The position numbers were made by a program, and so were the translations under genes. Positions 54,793-55,243 of a stretch of 55,243 bases of DNA are shown here, in pieces. The stretch comes from a virus (Duplodnaviria > Caudoviricetes). The first letter of the stretch is position 1. The number at the start of each line of letters is the position of its first letter. The DNA is taken from positions 1 through 55,243 of IMG/VR virus record IMGVR_UViG_3300032516_000034. The stretch is one strand, 5' to 3'. The notes beneath the pieces are model-generated. The model was not told the origin of the DNA, made no database searches, and was given only the letters and a program-made list of their open reading frames with translations.

Positions 54793-55243
54793 CTATTTCT
54801 TCGATTCGATCTTCTTGAACAGCTTTTTCACTCGCGACATCAGGCTCCGCTTCTTGGGCTTCTGTTCGGAAGGCGGCAGAACATCAACCACCTTTTCGAC
54901 AACAGGCTCCTCGGACTTTGGTAAACCTTCGGGCAAAGGCTTGGCAATTTTCTCAATGACCCGCTCCACAGCAGGACTCAGCAGTTCCGCTGGGATACCC
55001 GTAGCCTTGATTATATTCTTCTCTGCGTCTTTCATCCACTGCAAGTTGGGTAACGACAGTGTTTGAATCTCGGGCTCAACAACTTCATCTGGCGGCTGGA
55101 TCGGCGACGGCATTACAACAGCGGCAGGCGTTTCATTGATCTTGGCGTCAATCTCAGCCAGATCGTCTTCCATCGTCAGCTTCTCTACGACAACCTTTTC
55201 CCATCCGCAACCCTTGCAGTAGCGTGTGCGCTTGCCGTGCTTG
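54793..55243 (-). CDS. Hypothetical Pro/Glu-rich protein, probably starting beyond the right edge
   Basis: The frame stays open upstream of 55173 (...RTRYCKGCGWEKVVVEKLTMEDD). Confidence 0.55.
   Translation of the reverse strand, partial: KHGKRTRYCKGCGWEKVVVEKLTMEDDLAEIDAKINETPAAVVMPSPIQPPDEVVEPEIQTLSLPNLQWMKDAEKNIIKATGIPAELLSPAVERVIEKIAKPLPEGLPKSEEPVVEKVVDVLPPSEQKPKKRSLMSRVKKLFKKIESKK

Noticed and set aside
1-55243. Alternative genetic code, tRNAs, integrase or DGR
   Set aside because: Long genes read through in code 11. No tRNA, recombinase, reverse transcriptase or TR/VR pair was recognised by eye, and a tool scan was not possible.

Overview
This is a fragment of a large tailed-phage genome (Caudoviricetes-like). 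Essentially all credible genes lie on the minus strand. In transcription order (right to left) the window holds: (i) an early/middle region with three AAA+ ATPases, two VWA proteins, a WGR-domain protein, NAD-dependent DNA ligase, RecQ, a half Rad50/SbcC-like ATPase, a SAM methyltransferase, an LpxR-like outer-membrane lipid A deacylase and a SleB-type cell-wall hydrolase; (ii) a fibre/LRR/holin-like operon; (iii) a NusG-like gene plus a tandem sigma-region-4 gene; (iv) the head module: terminase with 1 intein, portal with 2 inteins, an HD-domain protein and probable virion proteins; (v) a long Kelch/fibre-like gene running off the left edge. Two tnpB elements lack a transposase, and each carries a tiny unannotated ORF coupled to tnpB. 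The most striking structure is a 442-bp sister element (2357-2798) of the first tnpB element. It shares the IS200/IS605 ends and TGAA target, keeps a covarying omegaRNA scaffold, and interrupts the fibre gene while supplying a new RBS and ATG that read in frame into it. The cognate TnpB lacks the canonical RuvC-II Glu. Three distinct intergenic motifs (4, 7 and 6 copies) look like temporal promoter classes. All calls come from reading motifs by eye; no database search was run.
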